Source of the DNA: an uncultured delta proteobacterium
GTDB lineage: Bacteria; Desulfobacterota; WTBG01
NCBI GenBank assembly: GCA_963793865.1
Contig: CAWCBP010000004.1
Location: 1-64,000 of the forward strand
DNA: 64,000 nucleotides
Direction of reading: 5' to 3'
Shown: in pieces, positions 49,437 to 63,406 of the stretch
Layout of the letters: the number at the start of each line of letters is the position of its first letter
Position numbering within the stretch: position 1 is the first letter of the stretch
Position numbers and translations under genes: made by a program
The notes under the pieces: generated by a model
Told to the model about the DNA's origin: nothing
Seen by the model: only the letters and a program-made list of their open reading frames with translations
The model's database searches: none

Positions 49437-50672
49437 ATGACTCCTGATTTCATGCGCTTTGTGGACAAGTGGCTGGGAGTTCCCCTTTGCCTGCTGCTTT
49501 CGGCAGCGGAGAGACTGCTCAGGCCTTTTGCACGAAGGATCCCGCCTGCTCAGGTTCAGAAGATTCTCATTGTTCAGATATCGGAGCGCGGGGCAGTGAT
49601 TCTCGGCTACAGCGCGCAGCTTAAGCTGAAAGAGCTCTTTCCCCGGGCAGAACTTTATTATGTCATCTTCGAGGAAATGAAGGAAAGCATAACCCTGCTC
49701 GGCAGCATCCCTGAATCCAGGATTTTCACCATCAGCTCAAGATCATTGGCCGGTCTTTTCTTCAGCGCACTGAAAGTGATCAGTGCCCTGAGAAGGGAAA
49801 AAATTGATGCCGTGCTTGATTTCGAACTTTTCTCCCGGGTGAGTTCCATCCTGTGCTGCCTCTCCGGCGCACCAATCCGGGTGGGGTTCAATAAATTTCA
49901 CATGGAGGGGCTTTACCGGGGCAGCCTGCATACCCACCGGGTTCTCTATAACCATCTCAAACATATCAGCCTCAACTTTCTTTCCCTCGCCTACGCCCTG
50001 AAGGAGGCCCCCGGCGATATTCCCTTGAGCAAGGTCAAGGCAGGGGCTCACGATATTACCATTCCCCGCGTAGTCTCAACGGGGGAGGAAAAAGAGAGAA
50101 TGCTCGCCAAGCTCAAAAAGCTCTGTCCGGGCATTGATAACCGGCAGACCATAGTAGTGCTAAATCCCAATGGGAGCGAACTGATGCCGCTGCGTCGATG
50201 GCCGGCTGAGAACTATATCGCGCTCGCCCGGAGACTGATTGAGCACCCTTCTGTGCATATCGTGATCACGGGCAGCACGTCGGAGAGAAAAGACGCGGGT
50301 ATGATCTGCGACGCGCTCGGGAGCAGCCGATGCATCAACCTTGCGGGGGAAACCGCCTTCCGGGAGTTGATCGATCTCTACAACATAGCCCACCTGCTGG
50401 TGAGCAACGATTCCGGCCCGCCCAACCTTGCCTCCCTGACCCCCATTCGAACAATGGTCTTCTTCGGCCCGGAATCACCTGTCTGCTACAGGCCCCTCGG
50501 TGACAATGTCGAGGCTTTTTACGCCGACTTTTTGTGCAGCCCCTGCGTCTCCGCCTACAATCATCGCCGGTCCGCCTGCCGCGACAACAGGTGCCTCAAG
50601 GCAATTACCGTTGACGAGGTGGTAAAAAAGATCGAATCGCTTTTGCCTCAACTCCGCGATACGGGAATGTAA
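49437..50672 (+). CDS. GT9 (LPS heptosyltransferase-family) glycosyltransferase
   Basis: RRWPAENY, INLAGET, VSNDSGP, FFGP, CSPC...C....CLKAITVDEV. Confidence 0.9.
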   Translation: MTPDFMRFVDKWLGVPLCLLLSAAERLLRPFARRIPPAQVQKILIVQISERGAVILGYSAQLKLKELFPRAELYYVIFEEMKESITLLGSIPESRIFTISSRSLAGLFFSALKVISALRREKIDAVLDFELFSRVSSILCCLSGAPIRVGFNKFHMEGLYRGSLHTHRVLYNHLKHISLNFLSLAYALKEAPGDIPLSKVKAGAHDITIPRVVSTGEEKERMLAKLKKLCPGIDNRQTIVVLNPNGSELMPLRRWPAENYIALARRLIEHPSVHIVITGSTSERKDAGMICDALGSSRCINLAGETAFRELIDLYNIAHLLVSNDSGPPNLASLTPIRTMVFFGPESPVCYRPLGDNVEAFYADFLCSPCVSAYNHRRSACRDNRCLKAITVDEVVKKIESLLPQLRDTGM

Positions 50673-50698
50673 CGCGTCCGCCCCCGCCGTTTTTATCC

Positions 50699-50728
50699 TT
50701 GACAACCAAAAATCAAATTATCTATAGT
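50699..50728 (+). promoter_or_regulatory. sigma70 promoter
   Basis: TTGACA-18-TATAGT upstream of an AAGGAG RBS. Confidence 0.55.
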
Positions 50729-50784
50729 GAAAAACCCTCAGCCGGCAAACCGGCTCAACGGGCTAACCATTAAGGAGATGGCGC

Positions 50785-52338
50785 ATGGGGATCATTGCTG
50801 ACAGCATCAAGGAAATGCAGGAGCGGGAAGCAAAGCTGAAGGAGATGGGCGGTGAAAAGGCCGTCGCCAGGCAGCATGAGCAGGGCAAGCTGAGTGCCCG
50901 GGAACGGCTGGAACTCCTCTTCGACGCCGGGAGCTTCAGGGAGCTGGATCTGTTTGTCACCCACCGCTGCGTCAATTTCGACATGCCCAACACCACCATC
51001 CCCTCCGACGGGGTCGTGACCGGCTACGGGCTGGTTGACGGCAGGACGGTGTTCGCCTTCTCTCAGGATTTCACGTCCCGCGCGGGCACCCTGGGTGAAA
51101 TGCAGTCCAAGAAGATCTGCAAGGTCATGGACCTGGCCATGAAAGCGGGGGTCCCCATCGTCGGCATGGACGACTCGGGCGGCGCCAGAATTCAGGAGGG
51201 GGTTGATGCCCTCTGCGGATACGGGGAGATCTTTTTCCGGAACTCCGCTGCATCCGGCGTGATCCCGCAGATAACCGCCATCATGGGGCCGACCGCGGGA
51301 GGCGCCGTGTATTCACCCGCCATGACCGACTGGATTTTCATGGTCAAGAACACCAGCTACATGTTCATTACCGGACCTGATGTGATCAAGGCGGTTACCG
51401 GGGAGGAGATCAGCCAGGAGGACCTGGGAGGCGCCATGGCCCACAACACCAGGAGCGGCGTCGCCCACTTTGCCTGCGAAAATGACCAGGATGCCATTCA
51501 GTCCATCAGGAAGCTGCTGAGCTACCTGCCTTCCAGCAACAAGAGCGCTCCGCCGGTAATCCAGACCGGTGACGATCCGGGGCGCACCGATCCCTTTCTG
51601 GATGAAGTCATTCCCGACGATCCCCGGAAGAGCTATGACATGAAGGACGTCATCAGCTCGCTGGTGGACAACGGCACGTTTTTTGAGCCCCATCAGCGCT
51701 ACGCTCCCAACATTGTCGTCTGCTTTGCCCGCCTCAACGGCCGGACAATCGGCATCATAGCCAACCAGCCCAAGTATCTGGCAGGCTGCCTTGATGTCAA
51801 CGCCTCCGACAAGGCGACCCGCTTCATCCGTTTCTGCGATGCCTTTAACATCCCCCTGCTGACCCTAACCGACGTGCCCGGCTATCTGCCCGGCCGTGAA
51901 CAGGAGTGGTCCGGCATCATCCGCCACGGGGCAAAACTGCTCTGGTGCTATTCCGAGGCCACCGTGCCCAAGCTCACCCTCATCACCCGCAAGGCGTACG
52001 GAGGGGCTTACATCGCCATGTGCAGCCGCCATCTCGGCGCCGACTTTGTCTTTGCCTGGCCGGGCGCCGAGATCGCGGTCATGGGCGCCGAGGGCGCAGC
52101 CAACATCATTCACCGCAGGGAGATCAAGGAGGCCGCCGACCCCCGGGCCAAGCGGGAGGAAAAAATAAGCGAGTACCGCCAGCTCTTTTCCAATCCGTAC
52201 ATAGCCGCTTCGCGCGGATACGTTGACGCGGTGATCAGGCCGCGGGATACCAGGCCCGCCCTCATCAGCGCGCTGGAATCAGTGGCGAACAAGAGGGAAA
52301 CCAGGCCGTATAAAAAGCACGGCAACATTCCGGTGTAG
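50785..52338 (+). CDS. Acyl-CoA carboxyltransferase (methylmalonyl-CoA decarboxylase alpha / PccB family)
   Basis: GKLSARER, DSGGARIQEG, AGGAVYSPA, RKAYGGAY, KKHGNIP. Confidence 0.95.
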   Translation: MGIIADSIKEMQEREAKLKEMGGEKAVARQHEQGKLSARERLELLFDAGSFRELDLFVTHRCVNFDMPNTTIPSDGVVTGYGLVDGRTVFAFSQDFTSRAGTLGEMQSKKICKVMDLAMKAGVPIVGMDDSGGARIQEGVDALCGYGEIFFRNSAASGVIPQITAIMGPTAGGAVYSPAMTDWIFMVKNTSYMFITGPDVIKAVTGEEISQEDLGGAMAHNTRSGVAHFACENDQDAIQSIRKLLSYLPSSNKSAPPVIQTGDDPGRTDPFLDEVIPDDPRKSYDMKDVISSLVDNGTFFEPHQRYAPNIVVCFARLNGRTIGIIANQPKYLAGCLDVNASDKATRFIRFCDAFNIPLLTLTDVPGYLPGREQEWSGIIRHGAKLLWCYSEATVPKLTLITRKAYGGAYIAMCSRHLGADFVFAWPGAEIAVMGAEGAANIIHRREIKEAADPRAKREEKISEYRQLFSNPYIAASRGYVDAVIRPRDTRPALISALESVANKRETRPYKKHGNIPV

Positions 52339-52341
52339 TCC

Positions 52342-52941
52342 ATGAACTGGGGAAAAACCTTACTGGTCCTGCTGGGGCTGATCGTTTTAAGCGGCTACCT
52401 GTACATCTTCGAAATCAGGGGGGGCGCGGAGAAAAAGCTCGCCGAGGAGCGGAAGAAGCAGGCCGAGTGGCGTAGCATGCAGCTCTTCCCCTACCAGCCT
52501 CACGAATTCAAAAAGATCACCCTTTTCAAGGAAGGCACCACCATTGTCTACGGGAAGGAAGACGGCGTGTGGTGGATGAAGGAACCCTTGGCCATCAAGG
52601 GCAGCGAACGGGCGGTGGATGATATCATTCTCAGCATATTGAACGTTGTTGAAACGGATCCCGCCGGAGACAATCCAACCGATCTTGCCCAGTTCGGGCT
52701 CGATGCCCCTCCCCTTTTTATTTCTGTTGTGCTCGAAGGCGAGGAGCGGCCGAAAACCCTTCTGCTGGGTACCGACAATCCCACTTCAGTCACCATCTAT
52801 GCCAAATGGGAGCATGAGCCGCGGGTGTTCCTGGTGGGGTCGCTCATCCGCTGGGAAATGAACAAGGAATTTCACAATCTCACCAACCGCACCGGCCCCT
52901 TTTTTCCTGACGCGAAAGCCGGCGAACCTGCCGGCAATTGA
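52342..52941 (+). CDS. Membrane-anchored protein, DUF4340-like
   Basis: N-terminal TM, WWMKEP, LAQFGLDAP, LLLG..NP, IYAK...VFLV. Confidence 0.65.
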   Translation: MNWGKTLLVLLGLIVLSGYLYIFEIRGGAEKKLAEERKKQAEWRSMQLFPYQPHEFKKITLFKEGTTIVYGKEDGVWWMKEPLAIKGSERAVDDIILSILNVVETDPAGDNPTDLAQFGLDAPPLFISVVLEGEERPKTLLLGTDNPTSVTIYAKWEHEPRVFLVGSLIRWEMNKEFHNLTNRTGPFFPDAKAGEPAGN

Positions 52942-53040
52942 GTTATCGCACGTCCGGTGCAGGACATAAATTAATAGGGGCATATCATGAGGAGTTCTTC
53001 ATAGGTCATCACACTTTACACGCTATCACATTAACTAATT

Positions 53041-53068
53041 GTAGGGGCGACCGGCCGGTCGCCCCTAC
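53041..53068. repeat. GTAGGGGCG-family REP, perfect 28-bp palindrome
   Basis: GTAGGGGCGACCGGCCGGTCGCCCCTAC. Confidence 0.85.
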
Positions 53069-53113
53069 GTTTATCTTCCTTTCATTAAGACCCACCTGAC
53101 ATGATCCGTTCTG

Positions 53114-53164
53114 GTAGGAGCACCATTCATGTGCGATGCATTCGCGGCTGAAAGCCGCTCCTAC
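53114..53164. repeat. GTAGGAGC-family REP doublet
   Basis: GTAGGAGCACC...TCGCGGCTGAAAGCCGCTCCTAC. Confidence 0.85.
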
Positions 53165-53175
53165 CGGATTTCATT

Positions 53176-53256
53176 AAAGAGGGACGCCCTTAAATTTCTA
53201 AAATTTGATACCTTAATTTCCTCAAACTTAGATATTTAAAGGCGTCCCTTTTTTTT
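53176..53256. terminator. Long inverted repeat between convergent genes (possible bidirectional terminator)
   Basis: AGGGACGCCCTTAAAT...ATTTAAAGGCGTCCCT followed by a T-run. Confidence 0.55.
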
Positions 53257-53284
53257 CACAAGAAAGGTACCTGAAGCTTGCGGG

Positions 53285-54214
53285 TCAAAGCTTTAAGGAA
53301 GCGATGGTTTCTTCAATATCCCGTGCCGATTCTCTAATCAGCTCCTGCTCATCACCGGTGAGGGGAACCTCGAACACCTCCTCCACGCCGCGGGCACCCA
53401 GCTTCACCGGCACGCCGAAACAGATATTAGTGAAGCCGTACTCTCCCTCAAGATAAACGCAGCAGGGAAGCACTCGTTTCTTGTCCTTGAGAATGGCTTC
53501 CGCCATCCGAACCGCTGAGGCTGAGGGAGCGTAATAAGCGCTTCCTTCTTTAAGCAGCGAGACAATTTCTCCCCCTGCGTGCCGGGTACGGTTGACAAGC
53601 TGTTCAATTTTTTCCACCGAAAGCAGTCGGGTAAGAGGAATACCTCCGACCGTCGCATAACGGGGAAGCGGTACCATGCGGCTACCATGCCCTCCCAAAA
53701 CCAGCACCTGGATATCCTCCACGGAAACATTCAGCTCCATGGCAATAAATACCTTGAGACGCGCGGAATCAAGCACACCTGCCATGCCCACTATCCGGTT
53801 TCTGGGAAAACCGCTCACCGTCTTGGCCACATAGGTCATAATATCGAGCGGATTGCTCACCACGATGATGATGCAGTGGGGAGAGTGGGCGACTACCGCC
53901 TTGGTAACGGAGGAAACAATCTCCTTGTTGTGTTGCATCAGATCTTCCCTGCTCATGCCGTGGTTGCGGGCAAGTCCCGAGGTAATGATGACCAGGTCAG
54001 ACCCTGCGGTCTCGTCGTAGCCGGTGGTGCCGGTGATGGTCACATCGAATCCTTCCGTCGGCCTGGACTCCATAAGGTCAAGCGCCTTCCCCTGAGGCAT
54101 GCCATCGATGATGTCCACCAGAACGATATCACCCAGTTCTTTTTCCGCCGCCCAGTGGGCGGCGGTGGCCCCGACATTTCCTGCTCCCACGATGGTGATT
54201 TTTTTTCGTCCCAT
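53285..54214 (-). CDS. mdh: Malate dehydrogenase (LDH-like)
   Basis: [46 protein letters not shown]. Confidence 0.95.
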   Translation of the reverse strand: MGRKKITIVGAGNVGATAAHWAAEKELGDIVLVDIIDGMPQGKALDLMESRPTEGFDVTITGTTGYDETAGSDLVIITSGLARNHGMSREDLMQHNKEIVSSVTKAVVAHSPHCIIIVVSNPLDIMTYVAKTVSGFPRNRIVGMAGVLDSARLKVFIAMELNVSVEDIQVLVLGGHGSRMVPLPRYATVGGIPLTRLLSVEKIEQLVNRTRHAGGEIVSLLKEGSAYYAPSASAVRMAEAILKDKKRVLPCCVYLEGEYGFTNICFGVPVKLGARGVEEVFEVPLTGDEQELIRESARDIEETIASLKL

Positions 54215-54219
54215 AGAGG

Positions 54220-56010
54220 CTAGGAAGACTTGGGGGTGACGGTTCTGAGGTAGAGTTCCTGCAGCTGCTTGTCGCTTACCGCTGAAGGCGCGTCGGTCAA
54301 AAGGCAGGTCGCCTTCTGGGTTTTGGGAAAGGCAATGGCGTCCCTGATGGAATCAATGCCGCAGAGGAGCATGACCAGCCGGTCCAGGCCGAGCGCGATG
54401 CCGCCGTGCGGAGGAGCACCAAACTCCAGGGCATCGAGGAGAAAACCGAATTTGATGCGCGCCTCTTCTTCACCGATGGCCAGCGCCGAAAACATCGCCT
54501 GCTGCACCTCCCTGCGGTGAATCCGGATGCTGCCGCCCCCGACTTCATTGCCGTTTAAAACCAGGTCATAGGCCCGGGCCTTTACCCTCCCCGGCTCCGT
54601 CTGCAAATACACCATGTCCTCCTCAGCAGGAGACGTAAAGGGATGGTGAAGGGCCTCAAACCGTTTCTCCTCCTCATTGTACTCCAGCAGCGGAAAATCG
54701 GTAACCCAGAGCGGGCACCACTTCCCGCTGTCGATCAGGTTCAGCTTTTGCCCCAGGTGAAGCCGCAATTGTCCCAGGGCGGTGCAGGCAACCTTGGGTT
54801 TTGCGTCAGCAACCAGCAGCAGCAGATCCCCAACTTGACCGTCGAGTGCCTTCAGAAGGTTTGTCTTTTCAGCGTCTCCGAGAAATTTTGCCACCGGCGA
54901 TTGCAGTCCGTCGGCATTAACCTTGAACCATGCCAGGCCCTGGGCGCCATACACGCCGGCCAAGCCGGCCAGATCATCGAGTTCCTTGCGGGAAAACTCG
55001 GCGCATCCTTTGGCGTTGATTCCGAGAATAGCACCCCCGGCCGCTGCCTCCGCGAATACCTTAAATGAAGATGAGGCCAGGTGCGCGGTCAGATCGTTGA
55101 GTTCCAGACCGAAGCGGGCATCCGGCTTGTCCAGGCCGTAGCGGGAAAGGGCTTCCCGGTAGGTAAGCCGGGGAAAGGGAGAGGGAATGGTCAGCCCCTT
55201 CACCTCTTTAAAAAGCAGGACCAGCAGTCCCTCGATGAGCGAGTAGATGTCCTCCTCCCGGACGAAGGAAAGCTCCAGGTCAATCTGGGTGAACTCGGGC
55301 TGCCGGTCGGCGCGCAGGTCCTCATCGCGAAAACATTTCACCACCTGATAGTAGCGGTCAAAGCCGGAGACCATGAGCAACTGCTTAAACAGCTGCGGGG
55401 ACTGAGGTAACGCATAGAACCGGCCCGGATTAACCCGGCTGGGCACCAGGTAGTCCCGCGCCCCCTCCGGCGTACTCTTGGTGAGAAACGGCGTTTCCAC
55501 CTCGATAAAGCCCTGCTGATTGAAATAGTTCCGCGCCAGGTGCGCGATTTTATGGCGCGTCATGAGATTGCTTTGCAGCTCCGGCCTTCTCAGGTCAAGA
55601 TAGCGGTACTTGAGCCTGATATCCTCCGAAACTGTATGACGGGCGACAATTTCGAAGGGCGGGGTTTTGGATTCATTCAAAATGGTGAGCTCACCGGCCA
55701 GCACCTCGACTTCTCCCGTCTTCATGTTGGGATTGGCGGTTCCTTCGGGACGCGCCGCCACCCTGCCCTTCACGGCGATTACGTACTCATTGCGCAGGCT
55801 GTTTGCCTTGGCATGGGCCTCCGCGGCGACGGCGGGGTTGAAGGATATCTGAACAATCCCCTCACGGTCCCGCAAGTCGATGAAAATGAGACCACCGTGA
55901 TTTCTGCGGCTCTGGACCCACCCCATGAGCACCGCTTCCTTGCCGACATCGGTTGCCCGCACGTCTCCGCAGTAATGGCTTCTTTTTTCCTTACCCAGCG
56001 GCTCACTCAT
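54220..56010 (-). CDS. aspS: Aspartyl-tRNA synthetase
   Basis: [62 protein letters not shown] at 56010. Confidence 0.98.
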   Translation of the reverse strand: MSEPLGKEKRSHYCGDVRATDVGKEAVLMGWVQSRRNHGGLIFIDLRDREGIVQISFNPAVAAEAHAKANSLRNEYVIAVKGRVAARPEGTANPNMKTGEVEVLAGELTILNESKTPPFEIVARHTVSEDIRLKYRYLDLRRPELQSNLMTRHKIAHLARNYFNQQGFIEVETPFLTKSTPEGARDYLVPSRVNPGRFYALPQSPQLFKQLLMVSGFDRYYQVVKCFRDEDLRADRQPEFTQIDLELSFVREEDIYSLIEGLLVLLFKEVKGLTIPSPFPRLTYREALSRYGLDKPDARFGLELNDLTAHLASSSFKVFAEAAAGGAILGINAKGCAEFSRKELDDLAGLAGVYGAQGLAWFKVNADGLQSPVAKFLGDAEKTNLLKALDGQVGDLLLLVADAKPKVACTALGQLRLHLGQKLNLIDSGKWCPLWVTDFPLLEYNEEEKRFEALHHPFTSPAEEDMVYLQTEPGRVKARAYDLVLNGNEVGGGSIRIHRREVQQAMFSALAIGEEEARIKFGFLLDALEFGAPPHGGIALGLDRLVMLLCGIDSIRDAIAFPKTQKATCLLTDAPSAVSDKQLQELYLRTVTPKSS

Positions 56011-57244
56011 AGGCGGCCTTTTCACTCCATTCAAAATCACGGTTGAGCACCTGAACCTTGACCACGGTCCCCGCGGCAAAATCCGTTTTCGTTTCCGGCA
56101 AAACTATCAGGCCATCGGCCTTCACCATTGAAAGCAGGATGCCCGACCCCTGCCCGCCGGTGGTGGTGACCGCGTACGCTCCATCCTCAACGCTTATGCA
56201 GCAGCGCAGAAAATAACGCTTGCCCTCTTTTTTGCTTATGGGCTCCTTCAGGCGCGCCTCAATCAGCGGCCGGAAAATACGAGTATGACCGCTCGCCTTC
56301 ATGATCGACGGCCGGACAAACTGCTCAAATGAAATCATGCAGGACACCGGGTTGCCGGGAAGCCCGAAGCTCGGCTTTCCGCCTATGACCCCGAAGGCGA
56401 GCGGCTGCCCGGGCCGCATGCTGACCTTCCAGAACTTCATATCCGCCCCCAGCTCGCGCAGCATGTCCTTGACCAGGTCATAGTCGCCGACCGACACTCC
56501 GCCGGAGGAAATAATCATATCCGCTGCCAGCGCCGCCCGGAATATGCTTCGTAAGGCTTCCGGATTATCTTTGGCTATGCCAAGCACCAGCGGCTCAGCT
56601 CCCGCATCCTTCACCAGCGATGCCAGGGAGTAAGTGTTGCTGCCGACTATCTTTCCCGGGGTGAGTTCCCCGTCCACGTCAATCAGCTCATCACCGGTGG
56701 AAATGACCGCAACCGTCGGACGCCGGAAGACGGAGATCATCGAACGTTTCAGCGAGGACAGCATGCCTACCGCCGCGGGGCGGAGAATCGATCCTCGGGA
56801 GAGGACACGGCTTCCTTTCACGACGTCTTCACCCGCCCTGCGGATATGTTCCCCGCGGGCAGGCGCGTTGAAAATGCTGACCCGGTTTCCTTCCGCCCGG
56901 GTGTCCTCCACCATGACCACCGTATCGCATCCCTGAGGGATGGGGGCCCCGGTCATAATGCGTATGGTTTCGCCCCGGGAGATCGGTTTCTGAGCGGTGT
57001 ACCCCGCGGGGAGATCCCCCACAACGGTGAGTACCGCGGGATTCCGGCGGGAGGCCCCTTCAATATCCCCGTGAATCACCGCGTAGCCGTCCATGGCGGA
57101 ATTGTCCCAGGGAGGTATGCTGTAAGGGGCATGGACATCCTCGCCGAGCACCCTGCCCAGGGAATCGAGGATATGCACCCGCTCCAGACCCAGCACCGGA
57201 ATTGCATCCAGGATAATAGTGAGGGCTTCGTCAACTGATATCAT
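56003..57244 (-). CDS. moeA: Molybdopterin molybdotransferase
   Basis: [40 protein letters not shown]. Confidence 0.96.
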   Translation of the reverse strand: MISVDEALTIILDAIPVLGLERVHILDSLGRVLGEDVHAPYSIPPWDNSAMDGYAVIHGDIEGASRRNPAVLTVVGDLPAGYTAQKPISRGETIRIMTGAPIPQGCDTVVMVEDTRAEGNRVSIFNAPARGEHIRRAGEDVVKGSRVLSRGSILRPAAVGMLSSLKRSMISVFRRPTVAVISTGDELIDVDGELTPGKIVGSNTYSLASLVKDAGAEPLVLGIAKDNPEALRSIFRAALAADMIISSGGVSVGDYDLVKDMLRELGADMKFWKVSMRPGQPLAFGVIGGKPSFGLPGNPVSCMISFEQFVRPSIMKASGHTRIFRPLIEARLKEPISKKEGKRYFLRCCISVEDGAYAVTTTGGQGSGILLSMVKADGLIVLPETKTDFAAGTVVKVQVLNRDFEWSEKAAYE

Positions 57245-57309
57245 AATGTATGAGTGTCCAAATTAGGATAATACCCTTTTGATGCCAGCCAAACAGATTT
57301 GAAATCTCC

Positions 57310-57359
57310 GTAGGAGCGCCTTCAGGCGCGATTCATTCGCGGCTGAAAGCCGCTCCTAC
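57310..57359. repeat. GTAGGAGC-family REP doublet
   Basis: GTAGGAGCGCCTTCAGGCGCGA...TCGCGGCTGAAAGCCGCTCCTAC. Confidence 0.88.
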
Positions 57360-57418
57360 CGGTTACAACTATTTTTGAGAGAAGAATTCTTACATAGCAT
57401 TCGTTCCGTCCGCATTCC

Positions 57419-58333
57419 CTATCTTCTCCGCTTGGCCGGGAAAATCTTTTCCCAGTAAATGACCAGCGGGCCGGCAATGTATATCGTGGAGTAGGTGCCG
57501 AAGAAACAGCCGACCAGCAGGCTGAAGGCAAAGTCGTGGATCACCTCGCCGCCCAGGAAATAAAGGGAAAAGAGCACAATGATCACCGTCAAATTGGTGA
57601 GGATGGTCCTGCTGAAGGTCTGATTGATGCTGGTGTTGATGATCTCCGGCAGTCCCTTATGGGACATCTTCTTCAAATTTTCACGGATCCGGTCACAGAC
57701 GACGATGGTGTCATTAATCGAGTACCCGACAATAGTGAGCAGGGCGGCAACAATGATCAGGTCAATGGGCTTATTGAAGATCGAGAGGGCGCCCACGGTT
57801 ATGGTCACGTCGTGGAAAAGGCAGAGCACTCCGCCCACACCGAAGCGGAGCTCAAACCGCCACCAGATATAGATGAGCATTCCGATAAGGGAAAAGATGA
57901 CGGCGAGCGTTCCCTTCTTCCTCAGGTCCTGCCCGACCTTCGGCCCCACCATTTCCACCCGCCGTATTTCCATGGATTCGGCGCCGAACCTGCTTTGCAG
58001 GGTCTCCCGTACCGTATCGGCAATGCCCTCCAGCGCCTCGGATGTCTTTTTCATGCCGATGATGAACTCATGCGTTCCTTTTTCGCCGAACTCCTGGACG
58101 CTCACATTCTCGATGTTGAGGCCGCTCACCGCATCCCGCACCGCCCCGATATCGACCTCCTTGGAAAATTTCACCTGCACCAGGGTTCCTCCCTCAAAGT
58201 CCAGCCCGTAGCGCGGCCCTCCTTTTACCACCAGTGAGATCACGCTGATTGCCATCAGGGCAATCGAGAAAAGGAGCGCCCACTTTATTTTACCTATAAA
58301 ATCGATGTTCATCGTCGACTTAAACAGTTCCAT
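57419..58333 (-). CDS. secF: Protein translocase subunit SecF
   Basis: GLDFEGG, VGPKVG, GYSINDTIVVCDRIRE, GTYSTIYIA. Confidence 0.97.
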   Translation of the reverse strand: MELFKSTMNIDFIGKIKWALLFSIALMAISVISLVVKGGPRYGLDFEGGTLVQVKFSKEVDIGAVRDAVSGLNIENVSVQEFGEKGTHEFIIGMKKTSEALEGIADTVRETLQSRFGAESMEIRRVEMVGPKVGQDLRKKGTLAVIFSLIGMLIYIWWRFELRFGVGGVLCLFHDVTITVGALSIFNKPIDLIIVAALLTIVGYSINDTIVVCDRIRENLKKMSHKGLPEIINTSINQTFSRTILTNLTVIIVLFSLYFLGGEVIHDFAFSLLVGCFFGTYSTIYIAGPLVIYWEKIFPAKRRR

Positions 58334-58390
58334 ATCCCTTTCCTTTTAGCCATGTGAGGTGAGAGACAGCATTGCTCCGTAACGCCCTGA

Positions 58391-59986
<1,596 letters not shown>

Positions 59987-60004
59987 GAGCGTGCTCCCTC
60001 ACAA

Positions 60005-60331
60005 TTACTGTTTCTTTTTGCGCTCAGGCGCGCTGGCTATCTGACCCTTGGAAACCCTGACCCGGACCTTATCGGCTATTTCCAGGGTAACAACAGCATC
60101 TTCTACGCCCGTAATCCTGCCATGAATCCCGCCCGAGGTCACCACCGCGTCCCCCGTTTTGAGGCTGTCCAGAAAATTCCGGTGATCCTTGGCCTTCTTT
60201 TGCTGCGGCCGCAGCAGCAGAAAGTAAAAAATGACAAAGATGAGAATCAGCGGCACAAAGGCGGTAAAACCCTGGGCACCCCCGCCTCCGCCCCCCTGTG
60301 GGGCCATAGCATGAGCAAGTTGTGTAAACAT
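60005..60331 (-). CDS. yajC: Preprotein translocase subunit YajC
   Basis: FYFLLLRPQQKK, GDAVVTSGGIHG; between tgt and secD. Confidence 0.96.
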   Translation of the reverse strand: MFTQLAHAMAPQGGGGGGAQGFTAFVPLILIFVIFYFLLLRPQQKKAKDHRNFLDSLKTGDAVVTSGGIHGRITGVEDAVVTLEIADKVRVRVSKGQIASAPERKKKQ

Positions 60332-60354
60332 CGTTCCTCCTTGTTTTAAAATTC

Positions 60355-61578
<1,224 letters not shown>

Positions 61579-62628
61579 CTATATAATTATCATCGCGTCG
61601 CCATAGCTGAAAAAGCGGTAGCCCTGCTCCACAGCCTCACGGTACGCCTGAAAGATAAAGTCATTGCCGGCGAACGCCGCCACCAGCATTAGCAGGGTGG
61701 AACGGGGGAGATGAAAATTGGTAACCAGGGTATCCACGGCTTTAAATCGGTAGCCCGGATAAATGAAAAGGTCCGTCTGACCCTCGCCCCGTTTTATGGA
61801 TCCGTCTTCCATCACCGCCGCTTCAAGGGAGCGCACGGCGGTGGTTCCCACGCACACCACTCTTTTTTTTTGCCGCCTCGCCCCGTCAAGGGCCCCGGCC
61901 ACCGCGGCGGGCACGGCGTATCGTTCGCGGTGCATGCGGTGCTCTTCGATCTGTTCCTCCCGCACCGGCTGAAAGGTGCCCCACCCCACATCAAGGGTAA
62001 GAAAGAGCACGTTCACCCCCTTCTCCCTGATCCGGTTGAGCAGCCTCTCGGTGAAATGCAGCCCCGCGGTCGGGGCCGCCACCGCTCCCTCGGAGCGGGC
62101 ATAGACCGTTTGATAGCGTTCCCGGTCAAGACCGTCGTCCCGCAGGGAGTGGTCACGCTTGATGTAGGGGGGAAGCGGCATCCATCCGGCCTGCCTGAGC
62201 GCGTCCTTCACCTTTCCCTCGCAGGTAAACCTGACCGCGTATCCATCTTCCATCTCTTCCATGATTTCCGCGGCCAGGGATCCCCGGATCAGGATCCTCG
62301 CCCCGGAGCGCGGTTTCTTGCTGCAGGAGACCAGGCAATGCCAGACCGATTCATGGTCGCTCCCGTTGGAAAGGTGCCGGAGGAGAAACACTTCCGCCCT
62401 GCCGCCGGTCTCTTTTTTCCCCAGCAACCGGGCAGGGATAACCCTGGCGTCGTTTAAAACCAGCACATCCCCTTCCTGAAGATAATCGGTTATCTCAAAG
62501 AACAAACGGTGTTCAATGCGCCTGTCTCTCCGGTGCAAAATCATCAGCCGGGAGTGATCGCGCTTTTCTGCCGGGTGCTGTGCAACCAGTTCCGGTGGAA
62601 GATCATAATCGAATTCCCGTATATGCAT
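61579..62628 (-). CDS. queA: SAM:tRNA ribosyltransferase-isomerase
   Basis: FDYDLP, PLPPYI, ERYQTVYA, AAPTAGLHFT, TNFHLPRSTL, YRFFSYGDAM. Confidence 0.98.
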   Translation of the reverse strand: MHIREFDYDLPPELVAQHPAEKRDHSRLMILHRRDRRIEHRLFFEITDYLQEGDVLVLNDARVIPARLLGKKETGGRAEVFLLRHLSNGSDHESVWHCLVSCSKKPRSGARILIRGSLAAEIMEEMEDGYAVRFTCEGKVKDALRQAGWMPLPPYIKRDHSLRDDGLDRERYQTVYARSEGAVAAPTAGLHFTERLLNRIREKGVNVLFLTLDVGWGTFQPVREEQIEEHRMHRERYAVPAAVAGALDGARRQKKRVVCVGTTAVRSLEAAVMEDGSIKRGEGQTDLFIYPGYRFKAVDTLVTNFHLPRSTLLMLVAAFAGNDFIFQAYREAVEQGYRFFSYGDAMIII

Positions 62629-62663
62629 GAAAGCCCGTTAAAAATGGGATTATAAAACTGTTT

Positions 62664-62692
62664 CTTATACAAAGGTTTCTATCATTTGTCAA
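62664..62692 (-). promoter_or_regulatory. sigma70 promoter of the queA-tgt-yajC-secDF operon
   Basis: TTGACA-17-TATAAG on the minus strand. Confidence 0.6.
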
Positions 62693-62805
62693 GGTTTTTG
62701 GGCAAGCGGCCGCCTGTGCGCCATGATTCTCCGGAACCGCCCTGATCCTGTAAAAATACCCTTCTGAAAATCTTTGTATCCCAATTGATTATTTATCAGC
62801 CGGCC

Positions 62806-62862
62806 TTGACATTCGTTTGATAATATTGTAGGTTTTGATTATTAAATAAGAACAATTCTTAT
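62806..62862 (+). promoter_or_regulatory. sigma70 promoter and candidate PerR/Fur operator
   Basis: TTGACA-17-TAGGTT (62806-62834); dyad ATAAGAA-CAA-TTCTTAT (62846-62862). Confidence 0.6.
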
Positions 62863-62879
62863 CACAAGGCAATCCGGCC

Positions 62880-63341
62880 ATGAAAGACAAAAGCCCTGAT
62901 GTGCAAAATAAGATAAACGAGTTTGAAAAAATATGCAGGTCCAATGGACTTAAACTGACCCACCAGCGCATACAAATCTTTTCCGAACTTGCCTCATCCT
63001 CGGAGCATCCCTCGGCGGAAAGCATCTATACAAGGCTCATATCCCGTTATCCCTCCTTGTCGCTGGACACGGTCTACCGCACACTGTTCACGTTCGAAAA
63101 GCTCGGTATTATATCCAAAGTGCAGGCACTCGATGACCGGGCCCGGTTTGACGGAAACCCTTTACCTCACCATCATATGGTCTGCACCAGGTGTAAAAAC
63201 ATCATTGACTTTTACTGGCCGGCTTTTGACGATATGCAGCAGCCGTATGAGACAAAAAAATGGGGCCGCGTTAAATCCATACAGGTGGAATTGAGGGGGG
63301 TGTGCGACAGCTGCATGGAAGCAGAGAACAAGGGCAAATAA
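62880..63341 (+). CDS. perR: Fur-family regulator, PerR-like
   Basis: LTHQR, HPSAE, SLDTVYRTL, RFD, HHHMVCTRC, GVCDSC; precedes catalase. Confidence 0.85.
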   Translation: MKDKSPDVQNKINEFEKICRSNGLKLTHQRIQIFSELASSSEHPSAESIYTRLISRYPSLSLDTVYRTLFTFEKLGIISKVQALDDRARFDGNPLPHHHMVCTRCKNIIDFYWPAFDDMQQPYETKKWGRVKSIQVELRGVCDSCMEAENKGK

Positions 63342-63406
63342 AACATATGTTCCGCATCAAACCCCATACCCCTTCGAGCCACCACGAATCATAAAAATCT
63401 ATGATT

